A program made the translations under genes and the position numbers. The notes below the pieces were generated by a model. The model was not told where the DNA came from, ran no database searches, and saw nothing but the letters and a program-made list of their open reading frames with translations. A DNA stretch of 64,000 nucleotides, from contig JBAXKC010000003.1 of assembly GCA_037137535.1 (NCBI GenBank), forward strand, positions 1 through 64,000, read 5' to 3'. Positions 1 through 9,605 of the stretch are shown piece by piece. Source of the DNA: a bacterium (lineage in GTDB: Bacteria; Cyanobacteriota; Vampirovibrionia; Gastranaerophilales; JBAXKC01). The number at the start of each line of letters is the position of its first letter. The stretch's first letter is position 1.

Positions 1-50
1 AGAAACTCGTGGAGTACTAAGTTCTAATCGTTAGGAAAAACGGGGGCAGG

Positions 51-710
51 TCATTTATCGATTATAAGCCTCAGTGTATTTTCATTTGGAACGATAAGCC
101 GTAGTTTTCCACCTTTTTTTAAGGTTCTTACTATTTCAGACAGTGAATTTAATATAATTTCTTTATCTTTTTCAAAACTAAATATAGAAAATGCAGAATA
201 AACGTAGTCAAATGTATTGTTATCAAAAGGTAATTCTTCAGAAGAACCTTTATAGAAAGTATCAGGCTGACTTCTCTGTTCAGGATTTAAATAATAGTCT
301 ATTCCTTTAGCTTTTACTCCGTTATTTTTTAAATCACTTACAAATAAGCCGCCACCTGTACCGATATCAAGGACATTCTTTCCCTTCAATTCTTGTAAAT
401 TAAGCAAGTTTGCATCAATGCCAAATTCTAAAAAAGTATTAATTCCTCTATTTGTATAGGCAAACATTGTATTAGAAGGCGAAATGGTGTATCCAATATC
501 TTCTTTTCCATTAATTATATCCATAATTATTTCAGGTTCTTTTCTTGCTCCGAAATTTGTTATGTAATAACTTGGCGGATAAAGATTTTTATGTGATATA
601 GGTTGAAACTCTGATTTTTTAATAAGAGCGTTATCTTTTAAAGTTGGTATAGTTTTAGCAGTTTTTTTAGAGAATAATAATGAATTATTTATTAATGATA
701 GCTTTAACAT
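51..710 (-). CDS. Class I SAM-dependent methyltransferase with ~60-aa low-complexity N-terminal leader
   Basis: VLDIGTGGG motif I, LPFDNNTFDYVYS, EIVRTLKKGG; leader ends ITNFG. Confidence 0.85.
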   Translation of the reverse strand: MLKLSLINNSLLFSKKTAKTIPTLKDNALIKKSEFQPISHKNLYPPSYYITNFGARKEPEIIMDIINGKEDIGYTISPSNTMFAYTNRGINTFLEFGIDANLLNLQELKGKNVLDIGTGGGLFVSDLKNNGVKAKGIDYYLNPEQRSQPDTFYKGSSEELPFDNNTFDYVYSAFSIFSFEKDKEIILNSLSEIVRTLKKGGKLRLIVPNENTLRLIIDK

Positions 711-934
711 ATTAACTTCCTTTAGTCTTGTTAGTGGGTATTTTTATTGGAATAATTGCTTAATTTAAGAAAGCTCAATAAAAATAATTGTTTAAAAATT
801 TAGTGATTTAAAATAAGTAGTCATATTTTTCTTTCAACGTGGATTTTTTTTTGTGTCAATAAGTCCTAAAACCCTTTGTTTATAACATGTTTTTTTGAAA
901 GATTAAGCTTTGTAACTTTGTACATCATTTAGCC

Positions 935-962
935 TAAAGTTTTTATATAAGTCAGCCGAATA
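935..962 (+). promoter_or_regulatory. Sigma28 (FliA/SigD)-type promoter
   Basis: TAAA(935-938)-N16-GCCGAATA(955-962), 50 nt upstream of ATG 1013; consensus TAAA-N15/16-GCCGATAA. Confidence 0.7.
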
Positions 963-1012
963 TATTAGTATAGGGAGAAACCAAGGATTAAAAAGCTAAA
1001 AGGAGTATAAAG

Positions 1013-1438
1013 ATGTCAGGATTAAATGGAATAGGCGGCGGAAGCTATAATTTTAACGTAAACGGAAAAGGTCTTAAAAAAGTAAACAATAACGAAGTAA
1101 ACGAGCAACCTAAAGACAACGTAGTTGTTCCACAAACTAAAAATGTATCTGCTGATGAAGTATTATCCTTCTTAGGCGGACAAGGTTCAGCAGTAATTAA
1201 CAGACAAGATAATAATTCAGCTGAAGCAGTTTCAAATAAAAGAACTATCCAAATTTCTAAATATGTAGATGCAGATGCAGCAAAAAGAATTGCAGCCTCA
1301 GTATTAGCTTTCAGCGGTTCAATTGATAATATTAAAAATGGATTAAATGCGGATGATTCAGAATTTAAAGGTTTATCTGATAATGCAAAAACAGAACTTG
1401 CTCTTGTTGCTTTCACAAAAGAATTTATGCCTGAATAG
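1013..1438 (+). CDS. Hypothetical protein, disordered G/N-rich N-terminus
   Basis: 141-aa ORF with strong RBS AAGGAG; no family recognised. Confidence 0.85.
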   Translation: MSGLNGIGGGSYNFNVNGKGLKKVNNNEVNEQPKDNVVVPQTKNVSADEVLSFLGGQGSAVINRQDNNSAEAVSNKRTIQISKYVDADAAKRIAASVLAFSGSIDNIKNGLNADDSEFKGLSDNAKTELALVAFTKEFMPE

Positions 1439-1451
1439 CCCGAATTATAAC

Positions 1452-1594
1452 CGCTTTCAGTAAGCTCTCGAGGGTACAGGATGTGAGGAACTAATTTTAG
1501 ATTTATAGGAAATTAAAAGCATTCTAAGCCTGATAAAAATCCTATTTTAGCGAGTTAATCCTTTCGGGAAGCGTAAAACCTTCCCTTTTTTCTT
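1452..1594 (+). ncRNA. Candidate structured RNA / long 3' UTR ending in an intrinsic terminator
   Basis: Nested complementarity CGCTTTC/GGAAGCG, AGGA/TCCT, ATAGGA/TCCTAT; four GGA motifs. Confidence 0.4.
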
Positions 1595-1598
1595 TTTT
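1566..1598 (+). terminator. Rho-independent terminator
   Basis: GGGAAG-CGTAAAAC-CTTCCC followed by T-tract. Confidence 0.75.
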
Positions 1599-1695
1599 TA
1601 AAAGGTTATTATAATTATTATATATGATTAAAGCATGTAAAATTTGTAAAAAATAAATTAATTACTATTAATAAGAGTTATTGGAGTATAGATCG

Positions 1696-2505
1696 ATGAA
1701 AAAGATTATTAGAAACTCACGTAAAGCTCAAAGTATTCTCGAATTTGTTATTATTGGTGCAGTTGTTAGTGTTGCGGCATTTGTTTTCTTATCTCCGTAT
1801 GCTGATAATATAAAAAGCCAATTTCTTAATCTTGCTCCTCAAAAATCTGTTGATATTGCTAAGCCTGCTGCAATGTTGGCTTTATTCGGGCAAAATTCAA
1901 ATAAGGTGTTAAGCTCATTGTCTGCACTACAAAGTTCTAACGATCTAAATGCAAAAACTTTTGCAAATGATGCTAATAATGCTATTTCTGCTGTTTCAGC
2001 TATCAAGAGCGGAAATTCCGAAAATGTATCAGACGATGCGTTGATTAATATTGTAAATACTCTTGCAAAAAACTCCAAAGAAAACACTTCTGAAACTTCA
2101 GGCTCTGTTGCAAGTTTTATTTCTGCGTCTAGCTCTGATTTAAAGGGTAATGATGCAACATCAGCTCAAGATCTCATAACCGAATTGAAAACTCAGTCAA
2201 TAAGTCTTAAAACAGAAGCAAGTCTTGTGTCTACAGCAAATAGTCTGGCTTTAGAAATAAAAAATGAAATTGCTTCAGGTCGAATTACAAAAGAAAACCT
2301 AGCTTCCATGGGAGCAAATATTGATAATCTTGACACTTTCTTCAAGCAAAGTTATGAAATTTCATCTGATACGGCTAAACCGATTAGTAATTTTGTGAAT
2401 ACTTTGAACTTTGCAGATTGCCTTGTGAAAAAAGGGTTTGGTTCTTCGGCTATTTCATTAAAATATTCTCAGCTGAAAACACAAACTAAAAAAGCCTTAA
2501 AATAA
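1696..2505 (+). CDS. Class III signal peptide (pilin-like, Tad/Flp-type) protein
   Basis: RKAQSILEF followed by hydrophobic helix; ATG 1696 follows GGAG (ORF track starts at TTG 1681). Confidence 0.7.
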   Translation: MKKIIRNSRKAQSILEFVIIGAVVSVAAFVFLSPYADNIKSQFLNLAPQKSVDIAKPAAMLALFGQNSNKVLSSLSALQSSNDLNAKTFANDANNAISAVSAIKSGNSENVSDDALINIVNTLAKNSKENTSETSGSVASFISASSSDLKGNDATSAQDLITELKTQSISLKTEASLVSTANSLALEIKNEIASGRITKENLASMGANIDNLDTFFKQSYEISSDTAKPISNFVNTLNFADCLVKKGFGSSAISLKYSQLKTQTKKALK

Positions 2506-2507
2506 GC

Positions 2508-2542
2508 AAAAAAATAAGGGACATAACGTCCCTTATTTTTTT
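2508..2542. terminator. Bidirectional terminator
   Basis: AAAAAAATAAGGGAC-ATAAC-GTCCCTTATTTTTTT between convergent genes. Confidence 0.85.
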
Positions 2543-2548
2543 AATTAA

Positions 2549-2758
2549 TTATTCGCCTATAATAGCGTCATTGATTTCATTGATAAGTTTATCAGGATCA
2601 ATTCCGTGTACTTTTGCTCCTGCTTCAAGGTTTTCAAATCTTGCAGCTGCGCAACCGATACATCCTAATCCGTTTCTTGCAAATACTTCAATTGTTTCAG
2701 GATATGTTTGAACAATTTCCATAATGCTCATATCTTTTGTTACTTTGTTCTCGCTCAT
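2549..2758 (-). CDS. DUF1858 redox-disulfide domain protein
   Basis: TKDMSIMEIV..YPET.EVF...GLGCIGC..A..E.LE.GA.VHGID signature. Confidence 0.9.
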   Translation of the reverse strand: MSENKVTKDMSIMEIVQTYPETIEVFARNGLGCIGCAAARFENLEAGAKVHGIDPDKLINEINDAIIGE

Positions 2759-2932
2759 GGCTTTATCCTTCCTCTTCGGTTAATTCTGTTTAGAATCATT
2801 CTAATTTCCTGCTATATTATATAACATAATTTCTAATAGTAATAGAGTATAATTGTTTAACATTAAACTTTTTTATTTGCTATTGTTTAAAAAATTATTA
2901 CAATAGTGAAAGTAGACAAATGGGAGTAACTT

Positions 2933-3127
2933 ATGCAAAAAAGTTTTTTCTTAGGACTGTTTAGTAATAAAGACGACAAACCTGTCGGACTTGTTTCATT
3001 AGGTATAAAAAAAAATAACGTGGCATCTAAGAAAAATTCTTTTGCTAATAATTACGAGCCTATCAATCTAGGAATAAAAGTCTATGACGATAAAAAGATT
3101 TTAACAATAAATGACTTTATGGATTAG
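2933..3127 (+). CDS. Small hypothetical protein
   Basis: 64-aa ORF with GGGAG RBS; internal repeat PVGLVSLGIK / PINLGIK. Confidence 0.65.
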   Translation: MQKSFFLGLFSNKDDKPVGLVSLGIKKNNVASKKNSFANNYEPINLGIKVYDDKKILTINDFMD

Positions 3128-3130
3128 TTT

Positions 3131-3646
3131 TTAACAGTTTTCGCCGGGGTCTTTGTTTTCATCCAATAACTTTTTAAAATCTGATGGTTTTAAGTCTTCA
3201 ACAAACTTTTTAAATTCTTCAGCTTCTTCCTGATCTTTTCTTTTGTCAGTAGAAACAGTTCCGCTTGAGATAACTTTTGGCGAAACCATTATAGGACTTT
3301 CAGTTCTTAAAGCTACAGCTATTGCATCTGAAGGTCTTGTATCAATAATAATTTCGTTTCCATCTTTATCTTCAAGGTAGATATTTGCATAAAATGTTTC
3401 ATCAGAATAGTCATATATTTCTATTTTTTTAAGAGAGTGATTCATTGCTTCAAGTAAAGTTACTATTAAATCATGAGTCATCGGTCTTGAGGTTTCAATT
3501 CCTTCAATATGTCTGATTATTGCACTTGCTTCTGCAGAACCGATCCATATAGGAAGTGCTTTTCTATTTTCGGTATCGCTTAATACTACTATGGGAGATC
3601 CTGTTCTAGTATCAAGAGCAATTCCCATCACTTGCATTTCTATCAT
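3131..3646 (-). CDS. Bifunctional nuclease family protein (DUF151)
   Basis: LPIWIG..EA, RPMTHDL, DTRPSDAIAVALR. Confidence 0.92.
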   Translation of the reverse strand: MIEMQVMGIALDTRTGSPIVVLSDTENRKALPIWIGSAEASAIIRHIEGIETSRPMTHDLIVTLLEAMNHSLKKIEIYDYSDETFYANIYLEDKDGNEIIIDTRPSDAIAVALRTESPIMVSPKVISSGTVSTDKRKDQEEAEEFKKFVEDLKPSDFKKLLDENKDPGENC

Positions 3647-3705
3647 AATTTATCCTTAATAGTTTTTGTTGGTATAAAAAATATTTCTTATATATTATAG
3701 CTTAA

Positions 3706-4146
3706 TTATAAAGTTCTCAAGTAATCTTGTACATCATGAACAATTATTTCACTATTTTCGTCAGGTTTTAAATAAACTTTTTTTATACCTGCATTGATTA
3801 TAAATCGTTTGCACAATATACAGACCTGATTATGACCATACACATATAAATAAGCATCTTTACATGATTTTCTTCCAATTTGAATTATTGCATTTTGTTC
3901 GGCATGAATACTTCTGCACGTTTCATACATAGTCCCTGAGGGGATATTATTTTCTATTCGATAGCATTTTTTATATTCTAAACATGATTTTACGCCTGAT
4001 GGAGTGCCGTTATATCCTGTTGAAAGGATACGTCTGTCTTCGTCAACTATAACCGCTCCGACATTTGCTCTTATGCAATTTGATCTTATTGCTGCAACTT
4101 TTGCAAATTCAAAAAAATATTCGTCCCATTCAGGTCTTTGTTTCAT
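3706..4146 (-). CDS. dCMP deaminase family protein
   Basis: RPEWDEYF, TGYNG, HAEQNA, CxxC. Confidence 0.92.
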   Translation of the reverse strand: MKQRPEWDEYFFEFAKVAAIRSNCIRANVGAVIVDEDRRILSTGYNGTPSGVKSCLEYKKCYRIENNIPSGTMYETCRSIHAEQNAIIQIGRKSCKDAYLYVYGHNQVCILCKRFIINAGIKKVYLKPDENSEIIVHDVQDYLRTL

Positions 4147-4148
4147 TC

Positions 4149-4829
4149 TTAACTCTCCGTATCAAATAATTTTTTTTGATAAATTTTACTTAAAAAAGAT
4201 TTTCTATGCCATTCACATTCGCCATGTTCTCTTATTGCGTTTATATGATGTTTTGTAGGGTAGCCTTTGTTTTTATGCCATTGATATATGGGAAATTCTT
4301 CTGAAAGTTTAAGCATAAGCTCATCTCTTTCAACTTTTGCAATAATACTTGCAGCGGCAATTGATGCCGATTTAGAATCTCCTTTTATGACAGCTGTTTG
4401 TTCTGCATTGATTTCTTTTATTTTGAATTTACCGTCAACTAAAATCATTGAAGGTTTAATCGGGGTTAGTTCTTTTATTAATTCTTCCGATGCTTTTTTC
4501 ATTGCAAGAAGCGATGCTTGAAGAATATTATATTTTTCAATATCTTCAACAGTTGCCCAGCTTATTTTAAATTTAGCTACTTCTTTTAAATCTTTTGCTA
4601 ACGACTTTCTAAGAGTCGGATTTGACGAAAAACTTTTAGAATCATCAATATATTTTATAATCTCTAAGGTTTCTTTATTAAAGTTTGGAAAATGTAAAGC
4701 ACAAGCCGAAACAGGACCTGCTAACGGACCTCTTCCGGCTTCATCCGTACCTATTAAACAATAATTATTTGAAAAATCATTGTCGAAATCAGTTAATTGT
4801 TGAATCTTGCTCTGACGGGATACTTTCAA
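4149..4829 (-). CDS. rnhB: Ribonuclease HII
   Basis: GTDEAGRGPLAGPV, DSK, KGDSKS.SIAAASI.AKV.RD, KGYPT; start uncertain (overlaps rbgA end). Confidence 0.95.
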   Translation of the reverse strand: MKVSRQSKIQQLTDFDNDFSNNYCLIGTDEAGRGPLAGPVSACALHFPNFNKETLEIIKYIDDSKSFSSNPTLRKSLAKDLKEVAKFKISWATVEDIEKYNILQASLLAMKKASEELIKELTPIKPSMILVDGKFKIKEINAEQTAVIKGDSKSASIAAASIIAKVERDELMLKLSEEFPIYQWHKNKGYPTKHHINAIREHGECEWHRKSFLSKIYQKKLFDTES

Positions 4830-5658
4830 GCGTGATTTTCCCTATTCTTCCATTTCTAAAATCAGATAAAATCATTGATGCTGCTCTTGATATATCAGGT
4901 TGCCCCTCTCGAATTATCCAGTTTCTTGAATTTGCAATTTCTGTGAGATCAGGAGCTGTACCTTTATCAGTAAGTTTATAGTTGCTTAGAAGGAGGTGAG
5001 GATATCTTTCATAAAGTTTATTCACCAGTTCTTGAGCTACTTCAACAAGATCATAAGCGTTTTCACTTACGGAATTAACTATAGCAAGATTTACAGCTTT
5101 ATCCTGATTATCAAGCTTCATAGGAATTATTCCCGGAGTGTCAAGGAGTTCGAGTTTAGGATTTACCCTTACCCATTGAGAAGTTCTTGTAACTCCTGCT
5201 TTTGCGCCTGTTTTTGCTTTTGTTGTTTTTATCAGTTTATTAATAATGCTGGATTTACCAACATTAGGCATACCAATTACCATTACTCTTACAGGTCTAG
5301 GGAGCCTGCCCTTTGCTACTAGCTGGTCAATCTTTGGCTTTCCTAGCTCTACTGCTACTTTAATGATTTGGGAGATATCCTTCACAGAAGTGGTATTTGT
5401 AAGCAAAACGGGACATCCTGTCTTACTTTGCAGAAACTTTATCCAGTCGTCGCAATATCTGCTGTCTGCAAGATCTGCTTTGTTAAGAATTAACAATCTG
5501 GGTTTGTTTCCTGCAAGTTTTTCGATGTCCTCGTACTTGCTACTTAATGGAATTCTCGCATCAACTACTTCTACAATAATGTCAACAAGAACTGTTTTTT
5601 CTTGAAGTTTTCTCTCTGCCTTTGCTATATGACCGGGGTACCAATGTATAGAAGGCAT
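4789..5658 (-). CDS. rbgA: Ribosome biogenesis GTPase RbgA/YlqF
   Basis: WYPGH, DARIP, NKADL, GMPNVGKSS, DTPG. Confidence 0.96.
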   Translation of the reverse strand: MPSIHWYPGHIAKAERKLQEKTVLVDIIVEVVDARIPLSSKYEDIEKLAGNKPRLLILNKADLADSRYCDDWIKFLQSKTGCPVLLTNTTSVKDISQIIKVAVELGKPKIDQLVAKGRLPRPVRVMVIGMPNVGKSSIINKLIKTTKAKTGAKAGVTRTSQWVRVNPKLELLDTPGIIPMKLDNQDKAVNLAIVNSVSENAYDLVEVAQELVNKLYERYPHLLLSNYKLTDKGTAPDLTEIANSRNWIIREGQPDISRAASMILSDFRNGRIGKITLESIPSEQDSTIN

Positions 5659-5664
5659 AATTAA

Positions 5665-6015
5665 TTATTTTCTTGCTTTTTCTTTAATACGTGTAGCTTT
5701 ACCTGTTAAGCTGCGTAAGTAGTATAACTTAGCTCTTCTAACATCGCCTCTTCTAAGGATGGTAATGCTTTCAACTCTTGGTGAATGGATTGGGAATACT
5801 CTCTCAACTCCAACACCTTGGAATACTCTTCTAACAGTAACTGTTTTGTTGATTCCGCTTCCACGTTTTTTAATTACAACGCCTTCGAAATACTGAGTTC
5901 TTTCTTTGCTGCCTTCTTTAATTCTAACACCGACTTTTACGGTATCTCCCGGGTTTACTTCAGGAAGATCACTTTTAAGAAGCGCTGTTTCAATTTCTCT
6001 GATAATTAAATTCAT
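5665..6015 (-). CDS. rplS: 50S ribosomal protein L19
   Basis: [34 protein letters not shown]. Confidence 0.98.
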   Translation of the reverse strand: MNLIIREIETALLKSDLPEVNPGDTVKVGVRIKEGSKERTQYFEGVVIKKRGSGINKTVTVRRVFQGVGVERVFPIHSPRVESITILRRGDVRRAKLYYLRSLTGKATRIKEKARK

Positions 6016-6261
6016 TGTTCTTATCCTTGTATTATATTGCCGATTACTAAATATTCCACAATTATATATATGCTAACATGATAAAAAAAACATGTATAGC
6101 CTGTTTGCATGACTATAAAATCATATAAATACAATACTATTAGAAAAAAAAAACTTATTCAAGAGCTTGTGTTATAGTTTATGTCTTTTTTAAAAAAAAT
6201 GTTCTAAAACTTTCATAATCATCTTAAAATAAAATAGAACCAATTAATCGGGAATAACAAA

Positions 6262-6879
6262 ATGAAAAAAAATATTTTTTATATATTAATAGTGTCTTTC
6301 TTAATGACTAAGGCTGTTTTTGCGAATGGAAAAGCAGAACAGATTAAAATTTCAGATGATAGAATAATAAAGCAGCAAGCTGTTATTTTTTATGATAACT
6401 CTAATTATCAAAGAGCTTTAGACTATTTTATGAGTTTAAATGATAAAAATTTAACTGATGATGTTTTGTTACTTATTTCAAATTGTTTTGATTCTTTAGG
6501 TGACGAAGAAAACGCTGTGGCTTATTTGAAAAAAGCTGTAATGATTAATAATAAAAATCCTAATTTGTATTATAATCTTGGGGTTTTATATTTTAATAAA
6601 GATAATTATAGGCTTGCTCTTCTCTTTTTTAAACAAGCTGTATCGATTAATAATAAATTTTCTCAGGCCGATTACAACCTTGCAAATTGTTATTTTAATC
6701 TGAATGATTATAAAAATGCCACAAAATATTATAAAAAAACTATTTTAAATGATCCTAAAAACCTCGATGCTTATTATAATATTTCTGTTTCTTATGGTCT
6801 TATAGGAAAGAAAAAAGAATCAAAACAATATAATGATAGTTATAATCAGTTGAAAAAAGTTTTAGAGGTTAAAAATTAA
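6262..6879 (+). CDS. Exported TPR-repeat protein
   Basis: Signal-peptide-like N-terminus (AVFA); YYNLG/YNLA/YYNI TPR helices. Confidence 0.85.
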   Translation: MKKNIFYILIVSFLMTKAVFANGKAEQIKISDDRIIKQQAVIFYDNSNYQRALDYFMSLNDKNLTDDVLLLISNCFDSLGDEENAVAYLKKAVMINNKNPNLYYNLGVLYFNKDNYRLALLFFKQAVSINNKFSQADYNLANCYFNLNDYKNATKYYKKTILNDPKNLDAYYNISVSYGLIGKKKESKQYNDSYNQLKKVLEVKN

Positions 6880-7928
6880 ACCTGTTCTTTGATTAAAATA
6901 CTGTCTTCAAGCTCTTGTATGTGATCTTTAATTACTTTTGTGCTTTCTTCGTCAGGATTTAATTCAATATACCTTTTAAAGGTTTCTATTGCTTCCGTAA
7001 AATCCCCGTGTTTTTCAAGGGCATAAGCTAGGTTATTGTAAGCAATGGCATAATCAGGCTGAACTTCAACGGATTTTTTATACATTTCTATTGCATCATC
7101 AACTTCACCGTTGCAATATAAAGCCAATCCTAACTGATTATAGGCTTTAGCCGATTTTGGATTGATTTTTATAACATTATTGCAATATGCGACAGTTTCC
7201 TGCCACATTCCTTTTTTAGCAAAATTAATAGCAAGGCGATAATGAGCCTCTTCAAGTTCAAATTTAAGCTCAACAGCATTAGTATAATATTCTATTGCCG
7301 CATTTAAGTGATCAAGAGAGTTTTCTTTTTCTCCTTTTTGGTCATAAGCGGTAGCTAAGCCTAATAAATAATCAATATCTTTTGTATTCAGACTTAAAGC
7401 TCTTTTGAAATGTGGAATGGCATCATTGTAATACTCCATTTCACTATAAGTCAGAGCAAGATTATAATGACAGTCTGCATCGTTGTCTTTAAGTTCGACT
7501 GATTTTTTAAAATGTTCGGCTGCGTTAGGGAGTTGTTTTTTAGTAAGATTTATTACTCCCAGATTATAATGAACGTCAGAATCATCAGGATTAAGTTCTA
7601 GTGCTTTATTCAAATATTTTTCGGCTTCCGAGGATTTACCGAGTTTCATATAGCTGAGCGAAAGGTTATATAAAGCTTCGGGTTTGTTTGCATCAAGAAT
7701 TGAGGCAGATTTAAACAAATTTACCGCTTTATCGAACATTCTGTTTTCAAAGGCTTCAATTCCTTTGTTATATTCTGTTTCATATTGTTTTTTCATTTTG
7801 TTGAGCTTAGGGATAATTAGAATTACCAGAATTGAAGATAATATAGCCAATAAGCACATGCATATTATTTTTATCATTATATTTCCGTTACTTAAACTTA
7901 TTACGGCTGATGCGTTCAATTTTAACAT
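6876..7928 (-). CDS. Membrane-anchored TPR-repeat protein
   Basis: N-terminal TM helix, about 8 TPR repeats; start uncertain. Confidence 0.88.
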   Translation of the reverse strand: MLKLNASAVISLSNGNIMIKIICMCLLAILSSILVILIIPKLNKMKKQYETEYNKGIEAFENRMFDKAVNLFKSASILDANKPEALYNLSLSYMKLGKSSEAEKYLNKALELNPDDSDVHYNLGVINLTKKQLPNAAEHFKKSVELKDNDADCHYNLALTYSEMEYYNDAIPHFKRALSLNTKDIDYLLGLATAYDQKGEKENSLDHLNAAIEYYTNAVELKFELEEAHYRLAINFAKKGMWQETVAYCNNVIKINPKSAKAYNQLGLALYCNGEVDDAIEMYKKSVEVQPDYAIAYNNLAYALEKHGDFTEAIETFKRYIELNPDEESTKVIKDHIQELEDSILIKEQV

Positions 7929-7987
7929 ATTTCTAGGTCTGATGCATATTAAGTCATAATTTATAAATGAAATTCAATTCAAAATAA

Positions 7988-8004
7988 AAGCCCCGAAGGG
8001 CTTA
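7988..8004 (-). terminator. Terminator hairpin
   Basis: AAGCCC-CGAA-GGGCTT with A-tract on the left. Confidence 0.65.
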
Positions 8005-8042
8005 ATGGTATCATTTGAGGGGATTGGGAGTTTGATTTTGTA

Positions 8043-8279
8043 TTAAAAAACTTCGTCTTTTAATATATCTATGACTATTTGAAAATGATGACGAAGTTTT
8101 TGATGTTTTGCTTTATATATTTCATTCTCAAGGTAATCAATAGCTACTCTTCTTATATTTCTGAAAATACCGATTCTTGCGGCTCTGTATAAGGGATAAG
8201 GGTCAACAGGAGCCAGTTCTACTAATTTTTCTAACTTTTTTTTAGAAACTTCCCTAAGAAAGTTAGTCTTGTGCGTCAT
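8043..8279 (-). CDS. Hypothetical protein
   Basis: 78-aa ORF with AAGG RBS and downstream terminator. Confidence 0.7.
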   Translation of the reverse strand: MTHKTNFLREVSKKKLEKLVELAPVDPYPLYRAARIGIFRNIRRVAIDYLENEIYKAKHQKLRHHFQIVIDILKDEVF

Positions 8280-8455
8280 GATTTTACCTTTTCCTTAAAC
8301 GATAATAAATAATATTTGCTTTTAATTGAAATGTTTAAATAACCCTTGTTGAAGGGAGATAAGCGATTAAATTAAGATAATAATTATTAGGTAGTTATAA
8401 TAAACAAAGTGGCAATAAAAAATTGCCACTTTTACTAAAAAAAATAAAATATTTT

Positions 8456-9256
8456 TTATCCGAGTTCGTCTGCACGTCTTGCGGTTTTTATTACGGTTCT
8501 TATTAAAGATGCTCTAATGTTATCTTTTTCCATTGAATAAAGTCCTTCAGCAGTTGTTCCCGCAGGGGTTGTTACTTCATCTTTTAGTATTGAAGGGTGT
8601 TTCCCTGTTTCAAGTATCATTTTAGCTGCTCCTAAAGCCGTTTGTGCCGCAAGTTCAAGAGCAACGTCTTTTCTTAATCCTAACTTGACTCCTCCGTCAG
8701 CAAGAGCTTCAATTATTAAGTACATAAAGGCAGGGCCGCTTCCGCTTATTCCTGTAACTGCATTGATAAATTTTTCTTCAACTTCAATAGCTCGCCCAAG
8801 TTTTGAAAAAAGCTCTTTAATGTAACTTAAAGTTTCATCTGAGCAGTATTTACCTTTGCATAATGCGCTCATCCCTTCACCTACAAGAGCAGGTGTGTTA
8901 GGCATTACTCTTACAACAGGAATTCCAGAATCAATTGACTGTTCCATTTTTTTAGTTGAAACACCTGCCGCAATTGAAACAATAATTTTATTTTTATTCA
9001 AAGAACCGTTTATTTCTTTTAAAACAGTTTCTACAAAATGAGGTTTTACACAAATTATTATAATATCAGAATTTTGGACAACTTCATTGTTGTTTTTGCA
9101 AAAATTTATTTCAAGATTGTGTTTTAGTGCTTTTACTGTGTTTAAGTCAGGCTCAAAAGTGTAAATATTTTCTGTTTTTGTAAAATTAGATTTTAATACC
9201 CCATTTATTATGGCCTGAGCCATTTTCCCCGCTCCGATAAAACCTATTTTTTTCAT
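8456..9256 (-). CDS. proC: Pyrroline-5-carboxylate reductase
   Basis: IGFIGAGKMA, RVMPNTP, SGSGPAF, VTTPAGTT. Confidence 0.97.
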   Translation of the reverse strand: MKKIGFIGAGKMAQAIINGVLKSNFTKTENIYTFEPDLNTVKALKHNLEINFCKNNNEVVQNSDIIIICVKPHFVETVLKEINGSLNKNKIIVSIAAGVSTKKMEQSIDSGIPVVRVMPNTPALVGEGMSALCKGKYCSDETLSYIKELFSKLGRAIEVEEKFINAVTGISGSGPAFMYLIIEALADGGVKLGLRKDVALELAAQTALGAAKMILETGKHPSILKDEVTTPAGTTAEGLYSMEKDNIRASLIRTVIKTARRADELG

Positions 9257-9446
9257 TTTTTATCCTTTTTTTAAAAAAAATTTCTATATACATATTTGAA
9301 TTTATTCATGCTTTTGTTAAGCTTTTTATATCAAATATTTGTTTGACTTATTTTTGATTGTGTATTACATGTTCATGATAATATAGAAAAGCTAATTGAC
9401 GTATATAATATAACCTAAAATTTTACAATAAAAAGGAGCCGGATAA

Positions 9447-9599
9447 ATGAAACGTACACTCGAAGGAACAAAAAGAAAAAGACAACGTGTAAGCGGATTT
9501 CTAGTAAGAATGGCTACACCTGGCGGAAAAAGCGTTATTTCAAGAAGAAGAGCTAAAGGACGTCATCGTCTTGCAATTGTTGCAAAGAAAAGAGCTTAA
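9447..9599 (+). CDS. rpmH: 50S ribosomal protein L34 (absent from ORF track)
   Basis: Manual translation [59 protein letters not shown]; precedes rnpA. Confidence 0.97.
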   Translation: MKRTLEGTKRKRQRVSGFLVRMATPGGKSVISRRRAKGRHRLAIVAKKRA

Positions 9600-9605
9600 T
9601 TAAAA

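Noticed and set aside
1452-1575. c-di-AMP (ydaO) riboswitch
   Set aside because: Some fragments resemble it (GAGGAAC, GTTAATCC, AAGCGT) but the GTAGGG and CCGTCAGCTAAC core elements are missing.
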